This document shows, piece by piece, positions 1 to 11,690 of a stretch of 64,000 bases of DNA. The notes below the pieces were generated by a model. The model saw only the letters and a program-made list of their open reading frames with translations. It was not told where the DNA came from and did not search any database. Source of the DNA: an uncultured Spirochaetota bacterium (GTDB taxonomy: Bacteria > Spirochaetota > Spirochaetia > SZUA-6 > Fen-1364); assembly GCA_963745235.1 (NCBI GenBank), contig CAVUXE010000099.1:64001-128000 (forward strand), read 5' to 3'. Each line of letters starts with the position of its first letter. The stretch's first letter is position 1. Position numbers and translations under genes: made by a program.

Positions 1-3000
1 CCCTGGTCAACGTGGATGCGGGCACGGGTCGTCGCGTGAGCGCGGATCTCTCGATCCACCCGAGGAACGGCGGGATCGAAGTCGACGGGCGGCACCTGCT
101 CATCGGGCAAGTCGGGTTTGACGATTTTTCCATCGCGTTGACGCCTGAGGAGCGAGGGAGCGCGTTCACCCTCGAGTCTTCCTTTGCGGACGCCGCCCCC
201 GGCCACATCTCAGCCCATGGGGAGCTTCTGCTCAGGAAGCCCGTCCGCAGCGCCCTCTCCGCCGGAGACGCGGAGGCTGCGCGGCTTCCCGCAATCACGC
301 TCTCAGCATCCCTCCGTGATGTGCCCCCGGACAAGCTTTACCACCTGCTGATGGGCGCCGGCACCCTTTCCCGTCAACAGGAAGACATCAGGAACGTGCT
401 GACCCGTTGCGTCGTAAACACGGACCTCGAGTTGAAGACAGACCTTTCAACCGTGACGGTGAGCAGCCCGCTTGTCACCGTCACCCAGGCGGACAATCCA
501 GGGACCAGCGTCCGCTTCGCCGCCCTTGTCGACTCATCTCATGTCGCCATCAACGATCTCTCGGGCACGTGGAAAGGCTATTCCGTGGCCGGGTCGTTCG
601 AGGCCACTTTCGCCGAAGCCGGTCAGGTCGGTTTTTCATCCAATCTTGCGATTCTTGGAACGAAGTTCATTCTCGATGGCAGGTATTCGGACGCCGGAGG
701 CCTCTTCGTGACCGGCTCCTATGGCCTGCAGGTGAGCGTGACTCCCAACAGGGACGGGAGCTACTCCCTCCAGGGGCGGGCGAGCCAGCTGCCCATTCCG
801 GTTTCCGGCTCATCCCTTGCCGTCTCATTCGACATGGGCGGGCTGTATTCCGGGCCGGGCGAATGGGTGGCGCGAGCCCAGTCGTTCACGGTCTACAACG
901 TGCCCCTGCTCGAGTCCAAGAGGAACTCGGTCAGCTTCTCGGCCCGGATGACGCCACGGAGGCTCGAGCTGGACCAGATTACCTTCACGGACGCCTATTC
1001 GGCGCTGACGGGGTCAGCTGAAGTGTCCCTCGCAATGCCGGCAGACCCCTTTGGAGCGCGTTTCCTGGAAACCCTTGCCGCGCAGTTCAAGGGCGCCCTG
1101 AAGGGTGCGGGGGGGGCCGAGTCCTACACCGCGCAGGGAACATTGAAGAACGGGACTCTCGGAATACGCGTTGCGTTCGACGGAGTGCCGCTCGAGCGCA
1201 TGCGTTCCCTCTCGATCCATGGTTCCCTTTCGGGAACGGGAACAATTGCGGGGCCCGTGGCGCGCCCGTCCATGACGCTCCAGGTGAGCCTGAAAGATGG
1301 AAGGCTCGGCACCGACCCGATTTCCATGGAGACCGGTGCGGCCCTCTCGCCGGGGTCCATCCAGCTCAGCGCATTGAAGATCACGTACCTTGCCCACAGC
1401 CTGAGCGATGGGACAGGATCGCTTGATCTGAAAAAAGGCGCTTTCTCACTCGGGGGGCGGTATGCGGGTGAGTATTTTTCGGATCACGTTCACCTCCTCG
1501 CCCGGCTGGAAGGACAGTTCGCCCCGTCCTCTTTGGCAGCCAATCTCCTTGACCAGGGTCTCCAGGGCAGGTTGAGCCTGAGCGAGATAACAGTCGAAGG
1601 AAAACCGTTTTCGCCGTGGGGGGTCACGTTCCGCACACAAAAGGGGAGGCTGACCCTGGACGGAGGTCCCGGCAATTCCATTCATGGGTCCGTGGACTCT
1701 CACCTGGCCTTCGCAATCCACCTTGCCAGCCCGCTTCCCTTTGTCGGGGACGCCGGTGGCAGGATCGTCGGAGACCGTATCATGGCGTCAGCAGCCATGG
1801 AGGCCTTCGATGCAACCGTCCTCAACTCGGTCCTCAGGACGGCCTCAGTCACCACGCAGTCCGGCACCTCACCCGTTCTCAGCTTCACGTCGGGGACAGC
1901 GTCCGGCCGCCTCTCCATCAGCGGGCCGGTCAACGACCCGGATTTCAACGGCGAGCTGTCCGTCATGGGCGCAGGCGTGCGCTGCGCCTATTCCCCTGAC
2001 GTCGCGGGGCCAATCAACACCCGCCTTGTATTCGATGGCAAGGGCTTCCACTTTTCCCGCGTCGTGGTCAACGCGGGGGCAAGCCGGCTGAGCGCGGAGG
2101 CGAGCTTCACCATTGATCACTGGGCGCCGATTGCCTTCGACCTGACCCTGCGCACGGAGGGGGAGACCGCGGCCCACCTCAAGGCGAAGTTCGGCCGAAT
2201 GATAGCTGACGGCCACATCTTGGGGAATATGCGGATAGCCGGAGACGACAGGAGCACGAACGTGACCGGCGACATCCTGGTGACCGACTGCCGCATCACC
2301 CTGGGAGCGGCGCCGCACGGGCAGTTCACTCCCGAGGAGCCCCCGACGTTCCTGACACTGAACGCGGAAACCGGGAAGCGGGTGGAGTTCGCATGGCCGT
2401 CGGAGAGCTACCCGGTGCTGCGGACAACGGCGAGCCCGGGCGGGAAGCTGGCCATCACCTACCGGGGCGACACCGGTGCCTACACGGTGAAGGGGACCAG
2501 CGCGGTGCAGGGCGGTGAGATCTACTACTTCGAACGAAGCTTCATTCTCAGGAAAGGAACGATAACCTTCAACGAGGACCAGTCGAGCTTCGATCCGAGG
2601 ATCACGGCCCGGGCAGAGGTCCGGGAGTGGGACCCTTCGTCGGGGGAGGAGATCAGGATCTATCTCGACGCGGACAACCCGCTCAGCAAGTTCACTCCCC
2701 GGTTCAGCTCGGATCCTCCTCGCTCGGAAAACTATCTCATGGCGATGATCGGCGCACCGTTCATTGCGCGTGCGGAGACGCAGGGTCTTGGCCTGTCAGC
2801 GGCGTTGATCTCCTCCGACGTCGTCAGCCAGGCGTGGCTCCTGCGCCCGCTGGAGCAGCGGCTGCGCGACGTGCTCGGAATGGACATGGTGTCCGTACGG
2901 ACGCAGATCATTCAGAACCTCCTGGCGCAGAGGCTATTCGGAACCACGTTGAATCCCCTTGACAACACCAGCATCTCTCTTGGAAAGTACCTCGGGAACG

Positions 3001-3275
3001 ATCTCTTTCTGGAAATGCTCGTGAGGCTGCAGACGCAACCGGTCCCCGGTGCTGCCGGGCTCTCCGTGAACCCGGCGGGAAGCGGAGTGGGGCTTCCTCC
3101 CATTCCGGCCGCGACCCTGCCAACGGCTGGAATCGGGCTCCAGCCGCAGCTCGAGTGGAGCATGGAATGGACAACGCCATTCTTCACGCTCGACTGGATC
3201 TTTCAGCCTCAGCATCCAGAAACGCTGTTCCTGACGGACAATGCGCTGTCGTTCAGCTGGAGATTTTCTTACTGA
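1..3275 (+). CDS. tamB: TamB/DUF490-type translocation and assembly module protein (5' partial)
   Basis: Over 1087 aa of beta-rich repetitive sequence with a DUF490-like C-terminus (SLGKYLGNDLF...FSWRFSY), directly upstream of bamA; the frame is open to the window edge. Confidence 0.85.
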   Translation, partial: LVNVDAGTGRRVSADLSIHPRNGGIEVDGRHLLIGQVGFDDFSIALTPEERGSAFTLESSFADAAPGHISAHGELLLRKPVRSALSAGDAEAARLPAITLSASLRDVPPDKLYHLLMGAGTLSRQQEDIRNVLTRCVVNTDLELKTDLSTVTVSSPLVTVTQADNPGTSVRFAALVDSSHVAINDLSGTWKGYSVAGSFEATFAEAGQVGFSSNLAILGTKFILDGRYSDAGGLFVTGSYGLQVSVTPNRDGSYSLQGRASQLPIPVSGSSLAVSFDMGGLYSGPGEWVARAQSFTVYNVPLLESKRNSVSFSARMTPRRLELDQITFTDAYSALTGSAEVSLAMPADPFGARFLETLAAQFKGALKGAGGAESYTAQGTLKNGTLGIRVAFDGVPLERMRSLSIHGSLSGTGTIAGPVARPSMTLQVSLKDGRLGTDPISMETGAALSPGSIQLSALKITYLAHSLSDGTGSLDLKKGAFSLGGRYAGEYFSDHVHLLARLEGQFAPSSLAANLLDQGLQGRLSLSEITVEGKPFSPWGVTFRTQKGRLTLDGGPGNSIHGSVDSHLAFAIHLASPLPFVGDAGGRIVGDRIMASAAMEAFDATVLNSVLRTASVTTQSGTSPVLSFTSGTASGRLSISGPVNDPDFNGELSVMGAGVRCAYSPDVAGPINTRLVFDGKGFHFSRVVVNAGASRLSAEASFTIDHWAPIAFDLTLRTEGETAAHLKAKFGRMIADGHILGNMRIAGDDRSTNVTGDILVTDCRITLGAAPHGQFTPEEPPTFLTLNAETGKRVEFAWPSESYPVLRTTASPGGKLAITYRGDTGAYTVKGTSAVQGGEIYYFERSFILRKGTITFNEDQSSFDPRITARAEVREWDPSSGEEIRIYLDADNPLSKFTPRFSSDPPRSENYLMAMIGAPFIARAETQGLGLSAALISSDVVSQAWLLRPLEQRLRDVLGMDMVSVRTQIIQNLLAQRLFGTTLNPLDNTSISLGKYLGNDLFLEMLVRLQTQPVPGAAGLSVNPAGSGVGLPPIPAATLPTAGIGLQPQLEWSMEWTTPFFTLDWIFQPQHPETLFLTDNALSFSWRFSY

Positions 3276-3332
3276 AGCCGCGGCGCAATCGCCGGCATCG
3301 CAGAGTGAATCCGAGTTAAAGGAGTCCGTTTG

Positions 3333-6017
3333 ATGAACCGTGTCACACTCGTCGCCTCTGCCATTCTCGCTCTGGTTCTGGCCGTTTCCGCCGGCGCACA
3401 AGCCCAGGACCAGGGGGGGGCGGAGGCAAGCGGCACAGCCGCACCGGGGGCAGGCGTACCCGGGGCAGGCCCCTTTCTGCCTGCCCCGGATCAGGGACAG
3501 CCTGGCGGTGCCACGGGCGGCGCGGAAGCCGGTGGGCAGGCCCCCCAGCCCGCTCCGCAGGAATGGTACGTCGGCAAGCCCATCAAGGACTTCACTTTCA
3601 CCGGCCTCGCCACTATCAAGGCCGAAGACCTGAGGGCCATCGTGGCGCCCTACATCGGGCAGAGCTTCAGCGTGGACCCGCTCCTGTGGGAGATCGAAGG
3701 CAAGCTGTACGCGCTGGACTACTTCGAGACCATCGTGCCCAACGCTCTTCCCGCGGACGATTCCAAATCCGCTGTCATCATCCAGTTCGACGTCAAGGAA
3801 CGGCCCGTCATCGTCGCCGTGGAGATCAACGGGAACAGCGGGATCCGCACGAGCGACATCACCGACAAGATCCTCCTGAAAAAAGGGGACCTGGCCAACC
3901 AGACGAAGCTGCAGGCGGACCTGGAGGCGGTGCGATCCCTTTACCTGGAAAAGGGCTACACGGAAGCCGACGTGAAGGCGAGCTTCGTCTCCGGGGACAA
4001 GGACAACACGGTCAAGGCCGTCTTCACGATCAGCGAGGGGCTTGCCACCACCATCAAGGAGATACGCTTCTCCGGCAACCACTTCGCGTCGGAAAGCACC
4101 CTTCGCGGCCTCATGAAAACGAAGCCTCCGTCCCTGTTCGAACCGGGAATCTTCCAGGAGTCAAAGCTGGAGGATGACAAGGCGGCCATCATCGCATACT
4201 ACACGGACCACGGGTTCATCGACGCGAAGATCGACAAGGTCACGCAGGAGACCTCGAAAACAAAGGAAGGAAAGAACTCCCTCGTGCTCACGGTCTACAT
4301 CACCGAAGGCGACCAGTGGAACTACGGCGGGCTGACCATCGACGGGAACCAGATATTCACCACCAAGCGTCTCCTGGAGCTCGTCACGCAGAAAGCCGGG
4401 AAGACTCTGAGCCTCCAGAAGCTCCAGACGGATATCGGGCGGATCCAGGACCTGTACTACGAAAACGGGTACATCTTCAACACCTTCGAGCGCAAGGAGA
4501 ATCGTGACGACGCAACCAAGACCATCACCTACACGCTCAACGTCGGGGAGATGGACAAGGCGCACATCGAGAACATCATCTTCAAGGGCAACACGAAAAC
4601 CAAGGAGTACGTCCTGCGAAGGGAGCTCCCCTTCGAGGAAGGGGAAGTCTTCAACAAGGAGAAGATCATCGAGGGGTACCGCAACCTCGTCAACCTCCAG
4701 TACTTCAAGACCGTGCAGCCTGATACGCCCCAGGGCTCGGCATTCGGCCTGATGAACGTCGTGTTCAACGTGGAGGAGGCCAGCACCGCGGACATCAACT
4801 TCGGCGTCATTTTCTCCGGCGCCCAGCAGCTGGGTGACTTCCCCATCTCGGGCGTCATCAAGTGGAACGAGCGCAACTTCATGGGCAGGGGACAGACAGT
4901 GGGCGTGGACCTGGAAGCATCTCCCATCAAGCAGAGCATTTCACTGAACTTCCAGGAGCCGTGGCTCATGGATCAACGCTGGTCGGTCGGCGTTTCCCTT
5001 TCCTTCGACCATTCGAATGAGCAGAACGTCCTGATGGACATGCTCCCCCCCATCTTCAGCGACGCTGATGCTCCGAACGCGGCCCCGGATCCTTATACCT
5101 CCCGGCAGGACTACCTGAATGCGCTGGAGGCCGGGCTGAGCATACCTTCGCAGTACCTCATGCGCTATGACGCGTACGACATCATCCTCGGACTGAACAC
5201 CGGCTACAAGTTCGCCACGCCGCTGGGGTTCCTCGGGTTCACCGGCGGGTACGCACCCACCATGAGATACATCAGCTACGATGCAAGCCTGTACCGGCCC
5301 TTCGAAGTGACTGTCCGAGACAACAACCTTCGCTGGAGCTTCATCGACTCGATCTCCGCCAGCGTGTACCTGGACGGGAGGGACATCTACTGGAACCCGA
5401 CCAACGGATACTACATCTCGCCAGGCGGTCACCTATACGGGTGGATTCATCCTTGGTGACAGGGACTACATCCGCACTGATTCCACGCTGGAGGGCTTCC
5501 TGACGCTCCTGAACGTCCCGCTGTCGGAGGCCTGGAGCCTGCAGTTCGTGCTTGCGGCGCATTCGTCCATGTCCCTGATCCTCCCCCAGTACAGCTACGA
5601 TTCTCTGACGGGGCAGTGGAGCTGCAGACCGTCACGGACGACACCGACCTGCTGTACATCGACGGAATGACCGTGGGTCGCGGATGGAGAGTCCTCTACG
5701 GCAACGCGCTCTGGGACAACAAGCTGGAGCTGCGCATGCCCATTGCGAAGGACTACGTGTGGCTCGTCGGGTTCTTCGACGCGGCGGCGCTCTGGCCGGA
5801 TGCGAGCCTACATCTCGCAGGCCAATCTCAACAACTACTACTTTTCCTACGGGCTGGGGATTCGCTTCGTGATCCCGCAGTTCCCCATCCGCATCTACCT
5901 GGCCGGGATTTCAAGATCGACAATTCCGGGAACGTCACGTATCAGCCCGGCGACTTCAGCCTTGGCGGCTGGGGCCTCAAGTTCGTCATTTCGCTCGGCG
6001 GAGGGACGCTGTTCTAG
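3333..6017 (+). CDS. bamA: Outer membrane protein assembly factor BamA (about 4 frameshifts: ~5420, ~5617, ~5805, ~5905)
   Basis: RBS AAGGAG at 3319-3324, signal peptide, POTRA repeats (FKGNTKTKEYVLRRE), ERNFMGRGQ, spirochete-type MTVGRGW and GLGIRF..PQFPIRIY spread over adjacent frames. Confidence 0.95.
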
Positions 6018-6033
6018 GGTGAGGAGGAAGGCG

Positions 6034-6584
6034 ATGAGAAAGCTCTTTGCAGTCCTTGCGGCAGGCATTGTCCTGGCTCTCCCCGTCGCGCGCGCAGCAG
6101 GTCACGAAGGTCGGGATATGCGATTTCACGCGCGTGCTCAGCACCGCCTACAAGGAGTCGAAGGCGTACCGGGATTACGACGCCGCCAGGGCGGACTATA
6201 CAAAGGAAATCACGGCCACAACACGCGACATCACGGACCTGGAGAACCAGAAGCTGGACGCGGACAAGGCGGGAAACCAGGACCTCTCCCTGACCCTGGA
6301 GAAAAAGATCGGCGGACAGGAAGGCCTACCTGGAGAACTACCGCCGCGTGAAGCTCGCCATCCTCCAGCAGCAGGCGGACAAGCTGCTCAGCGGGCCCGT
6401 GCTCAAGGAGATCATGGACGTGGTGAACTACGTCGCGGAGGGGGACGGCTATGCCCTGGTCCTGCGAAGCGACGGAGATTTCGGCGCGGGCATCCTGTAC
6501 CGCATCATGGAAATCGACATCACCGACAAGGTGATCAAGGAGCTCTTCAACCGGGCGGGAAAGACGTACACCGGGGGGCAGTAG
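6034..6584 (+). CDS. skp: Skp/OmpH periplasmic chaperone (frameshifts ~6095, ~6315)
   Basis: RBS GAGGAGG, signal peptide, KVGICDFTRV, coiled coil, VAEGDGYALVL...DITDKVI; follows bamA. Confidence 0.9.
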
Positions 6585-7007
6585 TGGGGAGGATCCTCGG
6601 GATCGACCTGGGCACAAAGCGCGTGGGCCTTGCCCTCACTGATCCCCTGCGAACCTTCGCGTTCTCCGCTTGCCACTGTCCCGCTCGTCTCCGAGAAGTC
6701 CATCGCGGAGGAGATCCTGCGGCTGTGCGCGGAGCGCGGGGTGGACCTCGTGGTCATTGGCATGCCCTACGAAGAGGACGGCGGCGAAGGGGAAGGCTGC
6801 GCCCGCGCGCGTCGCATCCAGGAGAGACTCAAGGCCGGGGGGCTCAGGACCGCGTTCCAGGACGAGACCTGGTCCAGCCGTGACGCCGAGGCAGCCCTCA
6901 AGGAAGCAGGGAAAAACAGGCGCAATTCCAAGGAAGCGGTTGACATGATTGCCGCTTCCCTCATCCTCCGGGACTACCTGGAGCACATCTCCCCGACGAG
7001 CACCTGA
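6584..7007 (+). CDS. ruvX: RuvX/YqgF pre-16S rRNA nuclease (frameshift ~6660)
   Basis: [38 protein letters not shown] motifs. Confidence 0.92.
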
Positions 7008-7009
7008 CC

Positions 7010-9617
7010 ATGGCCGAGCTCACTCCCATGATGGCGCAATATCGCAGCATCAAGGAGCGCTTCGCGGACGCCATCCTCTTCTTCCGCCTTGGCGACTTCT
7101 ACGAGATGTTCGACCGTGACGCGCGTGGAAGCATCCTCCCTGCTGGACCTTACTCTCACGCAGAGGGCGGGGGTTCCCATGTGCGGCGTCCCCTACCACG
7201 CCGCGGCAACCTACATCTCCCGCCTCCTGTCGGCGGGCAGGAAGGTTGCAATCTGCGAGCAGACTGCCGTCCCGGGCAAGGGCCTGATGAGCCGGGACGT
7301 CCAGGAAGTCATCACGCCTGGCACGGTCCTGGACGACGGACTTCTCCTGCGCGCATCGAACAACTATCTCATCGCAATAGCCCGGGCGGGGGACGCAATG
7401 TCCCTGGCGTACGCGGACATCTCCACGGGGGAGCTTGCGGCAACTTCTTTTCCCTTCGATGCGCGTGAGCAGATCCTGAAACGCGAGCTTCACCGGCTGG
7501 AGCCCCGCGAGGTGATTACCCAGGAATCCCTGCTCGTGGAGGACCCGATCCTGCGGGACCTGCTGGGGGAGAGGGAAGGTCTCCTGGTCAACCGGTTGCC
7601 GGACTGGAGCTTCGATGCCGAGGCCTGCAGGAAGAGACTGGAAAGGCAGCTTCGCGTTGCAAACCTGAAAGGATATGGGCTGGGGCAGGGCTCTCCGGAA
7701 ATCCTTTCCGCGGGAGTGCTCCTGGAATACCTCGGCGACACCGCGAAGAGGGGCCTGGACCACATGTGCTCCCTGCGGGTCTACGCGGACCGGACCTTCG
7801 TCGAGCTGGACGAGGCTTCCCAGCGCAACCTCGAGCTGGTCGCCAATCTGCAGGACGGGAGCAGAAAGTTCAGCCTCCTCTCGGTCCTGGACCAGACACG
7901 CACGGCCCCGGGGGCGCGCAGGCTCCGGCGATGGATCCTGACACCGCTCAAGGACCTTGCCGCCATCCAGGGGCGACTGGCGGCGGTTGAGTCGCTCTAT
8001 CACGACCAGGTGCTGCTCTCCCGGCTGCGGGGGACACTGGGTTCGGTGTTGGACCTGGAGCGTCTCACCGCGCGCGTCGCCATGGAGAAGGCTCACGCAA
8101 AGGACCTCCTTGCCATCTCCTCGAGCCTGGAAGCGGTGCTGGACATCGGCTCGCTCCTCCTCTCTGCCGGCCAGGACTCACTGGCGGGGCCGCTCCTCGA
8201 GCGGCAAACCGGGATGAGGGAGCTTGCCGGCCTCGTGACACGCGCAATCTGCGATGAGCCCGCAATCACTCTCAACGAGGGCGGTCTTATCAGGGCCGGC
8301 TTCGACCAGGAGCTCGACAGGTTGCATGCGCTGAAAGACAACGCCAGGGAGATCCTGGACAAGTACCTGCAGGAAGAGCGGGCGAAAACCGGCATCGGAT
8401 CGTTGAAGCTGCGCTTCAACAGGATCATCGGGTATTCCTTCGAGGTCACCAGGTCGAACCTTCCCCATGTCCCGTCCCACTTCATCCGTCGCCAGTCCCT
8501 GGTGGGCGGAGAGCGGTACACCACGGACAGGCTTGCTGACCTGGAGTCCGAGATCAACGATGCCTCGGAAAGAGCGGTGGAGATAGAAAGGACTCTCTTC
8601 CTTCGCGTGCGCGCGCAAGTCAAGGAAGCCGTCTCCTGGCTCCTGGAGCTGAGCGAATCAGTTTCGGATCTGGACGTCTTTCAGTCCCTGGCGTTTGCGG
8701 CCACCGTCCACGGCTATGTGAAGCCGGCGGTGAGCAGCGACGATGAGCTTGCCATCAAGGACGGCCGTCACCCCGTCGTGGAGGCCAACCTGCCGGGGGG
8801 CGGATTTGTTCCCAACAGCCTCCATCTCTCGTCGGACGGGAAGTCGTGCGTCATCCTGACGGGCCCCAACATGGCGGGCAAGTCGACATTCCTTCGCCAG
8901 GTGGCCCTGATAACTCTCATGGCGCAGATGGGGTCATTCGTGCCGGCCGCCGAGGCCCGCGTCGGGCTTGTGGACAGCATCTTCTGCCGGGTGGGGGCAT
9001 CGGACAACCTGGCCCGGGGAGAGTCGACTTTCCTGGTGGAGATGAACGAGACTGCTCACATCCTCAGGGCGGCCACCCGGAAGAGCCTCCTCATCATGGA
9101 CGAGATAGGGCGGGGAACGAGCACCAGTGACGGGCTCGCCATTGCCAGGGCTGTGTGCCTTTACATCCTGGAACGCATAGGCGCTCGCACACTTTTTGCC
9201 ACGCATTTCCACGAGCTGACCGACCTGGCCCACCCGGCGGTAGTCAACTTGTCAATGGATGTCCGAGACCAGGGCGGTGAGATCGTTTTCCTCAAGCGCG
9301 TCCGGGAAGGACCGTCGAGCAATTCATACGGGATTCATGTTGCAAGGCTTGCCGGACTTCCTGCCGAAGTACTGGAGCAGGCGGAGGCGCTGCTGGGTCA
9401 GCCGCCCAATGACGCCCCTCAACCACGGCCTGCGACGCGCACGGAGCCTCCAACCGCAGCGCCGGCCGGCCGCGCGTCGCAGGGCCAGCTTTTCAGCGCT
9501 GAGGAGATGGTGATCAGGGAGATACGCAGCCTGATCCTCGAGGCAACCACGCCGCTGTCGGCCCTGAACCGCATTTCAAAATGGAAAAAAGAGCTGGACG
9601 GAGAAGGCCGGAAATGA
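7010..9617 (+). CDS. mutS: DNA mismatch repair protein MutS (frameshift ~7120)
   Basis: [48 protein letters not shown]. Confidence 0.97.
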
Positions 9618-10291
9618 CGTTGGGAGCAGGGCTCTTGGAGGTCCTGTTTCCCGGCAGATGCCTTCTGTGCGGCGGCTGGCTCCTCTCTGCCGGTTCCGCG
9701 GGGGCGCCGGTGTGCGCCGAATGTCTTTGTTCGCTGGAGCCCATTGGCGGGCAACGATGCGACACGTGCGGCACACCGCTGGTCTCGGAGCGTACAAGCT
9801 GCACTCGCTGCCGTGAGGCGGATTTCGCCTTTGCCGCGCATAGGTCGATCTTTGCGTATTCCGGCTCCGTGCGGGACCTGATTTCCTGCCTCAAGTTCGA
9901 GGGAAGAGCCCGGCTGTCCGGCTTTTTTGCCGACCTCCTGGCGCCGCGGATCCTGACGGAAAACCCCGGGGTCCCCGTGATTCCCGTTCCGGGCCGCAGG
10001 TCGAAGAATGCGGTCGAGCTTATTGCGCGGAAGCTGGAAGCCCGACATGGAATCCAGGTGCTTCGACTTCTGGCGAGACATGGGGGACGTCCGCAAAAGA
10101 CCCTTGATCTCCAGGAACGCAGGGAGAACCTTCGCGGAAGGATTCGTCTTGTGAGCGCCGCGGTTCCCGAGCAAGCGGTGCTCTTTGATGACGTTTTCAC
10201 GACGGGCGCGACGGCGGACACGTGCGCGCGGATCCTTCTGGACGGTGGCTGTCGGAAGGTATCAGTGGTCAGTATTGCGATGGAAGAATAG
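9614..10291 (+). CDS. comF: ComF family protein (double zinc ribbon plus PRTase domain)
   Basis: LFPGRCLLC, further CxxC pairs, LFDDVFTTGAT; ATGA overlap with the mutS stop. Confidence 0.9.
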   Translation: MTLGAGLLEVLFPGRCLLCGGWLLSAGSAGAPVCAECLCSLEPIGGQRCDTCGTPLVSERTSCTRCREADFAFAAHRSIFAYSGSVRDLISCLKFEGRARLSGFFADLLAPRILTENPGVPVIPVPGRRSKNAVELIARKLEARHGIQVLRLLARHGGRPQKTLDLQERRENLRGRIRLVSAAVPEQAVLFDDVFTTGATADTCARILLDGGCRKVSVVSIAMEE

Positions 10292-10321
10292 CCTGGCGAT
10301 GCCCCGGGCCCCTGGTCGGTC

Positions 10322-11539
10322 CTACCGGGGGCGCAGCAGGACCGCCCTGTGCCCAAGCCGCTTCACGCTTTCTGCCATCTTGAAGCTTCGACACTGGTCC
10401 AGGACGCGGAACACCTCGGTGCTCGCTCCGGCTGCCAGGAGCGCTCCTCCCTTTCTGAGAAGCGCCTGCGCTGAAAGCGCAAGGTCCATATGCCAGGGAG
10501 CTTTCGGGACCGGGCGAAGCATGGCGCAGAGAAGGTCCAGGCTGCCGTGGGAAAGCGTCTCCGCCAGACCTGCCTCAGTGGGCAGAAGAAGGGCGGATAC
10601 GCTTTCCCTTCCGGCGGAAGCCATGTTGCGCCCGGCTATTTCCAGCTCCAAAGCGTCGCGGCCCGCGATCTTCACGGAAGCGAACCGTCCGGGGCTTTCC
10701 CTTTCCGCGTACACGGGGAGATGCCCCTGCCCGGGATTCCAGAACAGCACGTCCCCTTTGATGACGGCGGCTGAAAGCATCTCCTGGGCCAGCTCCACGC
10801 CATAGCCAACGGTGTCGAAATCCGGCAGGTTGTACGCGGTTTCCAGCTCGTAGTCGATCCCTCCAGAGGAGAACGTCTGCCGGGCCCGAAGATAAGGCTC
10901 GAGGCCGGGAACCACAGCCGCCCGCGCGGGAACGTTCTCAGCCTTTCGAAAGAGGAACACGGAATGCTGGCTCGTGCTCTCGGCGTGAAAGAGCAGGCAG
11001 TCGGATTCCTGGATGGAGTCACGCGCCAGTTGCGAAAGCGGCGCGACAATGACAACCGCTCCGACCCCGGACCGGGAAAGCAGGTGCGGAACCGTCTGGA
11101 AGAAGCTTTCCAGTACGGGTCGGCCGGCTTTCGCGGGAAGGTTGGAGACAACCAGGTCAAACGTTCGCCCGTCGAGATTGCGGAAAGCCAGGCCGCAGTC
11201 GAAGTCAGCGTCCTGGACCTTGTTTGCCGTCGCGTTTTCCCTGGCAAAGGCGACGGCAAGCGCATCACGGTCCTGGAACGTGACGTGGGCTTTTGCCGCA
11301 GCACGGGCGATGGAGATGCCAATGACGCCCATTCCACACCCAACGTCCAGGACCGAGGTCAGTGTGGACAGATCAAGGCGAGCCGCCACGCTCTTCAGGA
11401 GCAGGCGTGTCCCGGCATCCACGTCGTTGCTGCTGAAAAGACCGTGGGAGAGGTGGAAGAAAGACTCCTGGCCGCAGTATTTCAGCGACACCGTCTTGTT
11501 GACGTAGTCGAGCGGGAACCTGGTCTGGGGCGCGGTCAC
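10322..11539 (-). CDS. SAM-dependent methyltransferase, RsmC/MTS-like N-terminal domain plus degenerate second domain
   Basis: LFSSNDVDAGTRLLL, VLDVGCGMG, FDLVVSNLP; start inferred at GTG 11539 because the longer ORF overlaps the rimP promoter and gene. Confidence 0.8.
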   Translation of the reverse strand: MTAPQTRFPLDYVNKTVSLKYCGQESFFHLSHGLFSSNDVDAGTRLLLKSVAARLDLSTLTSVLDVGCGMGVIGISIARAAAKAHVTFQDRDALAVAFARENATANKVQDADFDCGLAFRNLDGRTFDLVVSNLPAKAGRPVLESFFQTVPHLLSRSGVGAVVIVAPLSQLARDSIQESDCLLFHAESTSQHSVFLFRKAENVPARAAVVPGLEPYLRARQTFSSGGIDYELETAYNLPDFDTVGYGVELAQEMLSAAVIKGDVLFWNPGQGHLPVYAERESPGRFASVKIAGRDALELEIAGRNMASAGRESVSALLLPTEAGLAETLSHGSLDLLCAMLRPVPKAPWHMDLALSAQALLRKGGALLAAGASTEVFRVLDQCRSFKMAESVKRLGHRAVLLRPR

Positions 11540-11545
11540 AACGCA

Positions 11546-11551
11546 ATTGTA
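11546..11551 (-). promoter_or_regulatory. -10 box (TACAAT) 6 nt before the methyltransferase GTG; probably leaderless
   Basis: Minus strand reads gctaTACAATtgcgttGTG with no Shine-Dalgarno sequence. Confidence 0.5.
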
Positions 11552-11584
11552 TAGCTCGACTGTGAGCTCAGCGTCCACAGGATG

Positions 11585-11613
11585 TTGACAGACAGCCGGG
11601 TTTGTTGTATTTT
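11585..11613 (+). promoter_or_regulatory. sigma70-type promoter of the rimP-nusA-infB operon
   Basis: TTGACA (11585-11590), 17-nt spacer, TATTTT (11608-11613). Confidence 0.8.
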
Positions 11614-11622
11614 CACTGTAAG

Positions 11623-11650
11623 AAAGAGTCGGCCCAGACTCTTTTTTTTG
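11623..11650 (+). terminator. rimP leader attenuator (terminator hairpin in the 5' UTR)
   Basis: AAAGAGTC-GGCCCA-GACTCTTT plus T run, ~10 nt after the -10 box and ~40 nt before rimP; matches the known rimP-leader architecture. Confidence 0.8.
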
Positions 11651-11690
11651 TGCTGTCAGGCGGTGACGGAACGGGGAAGAGGCGGATTCA

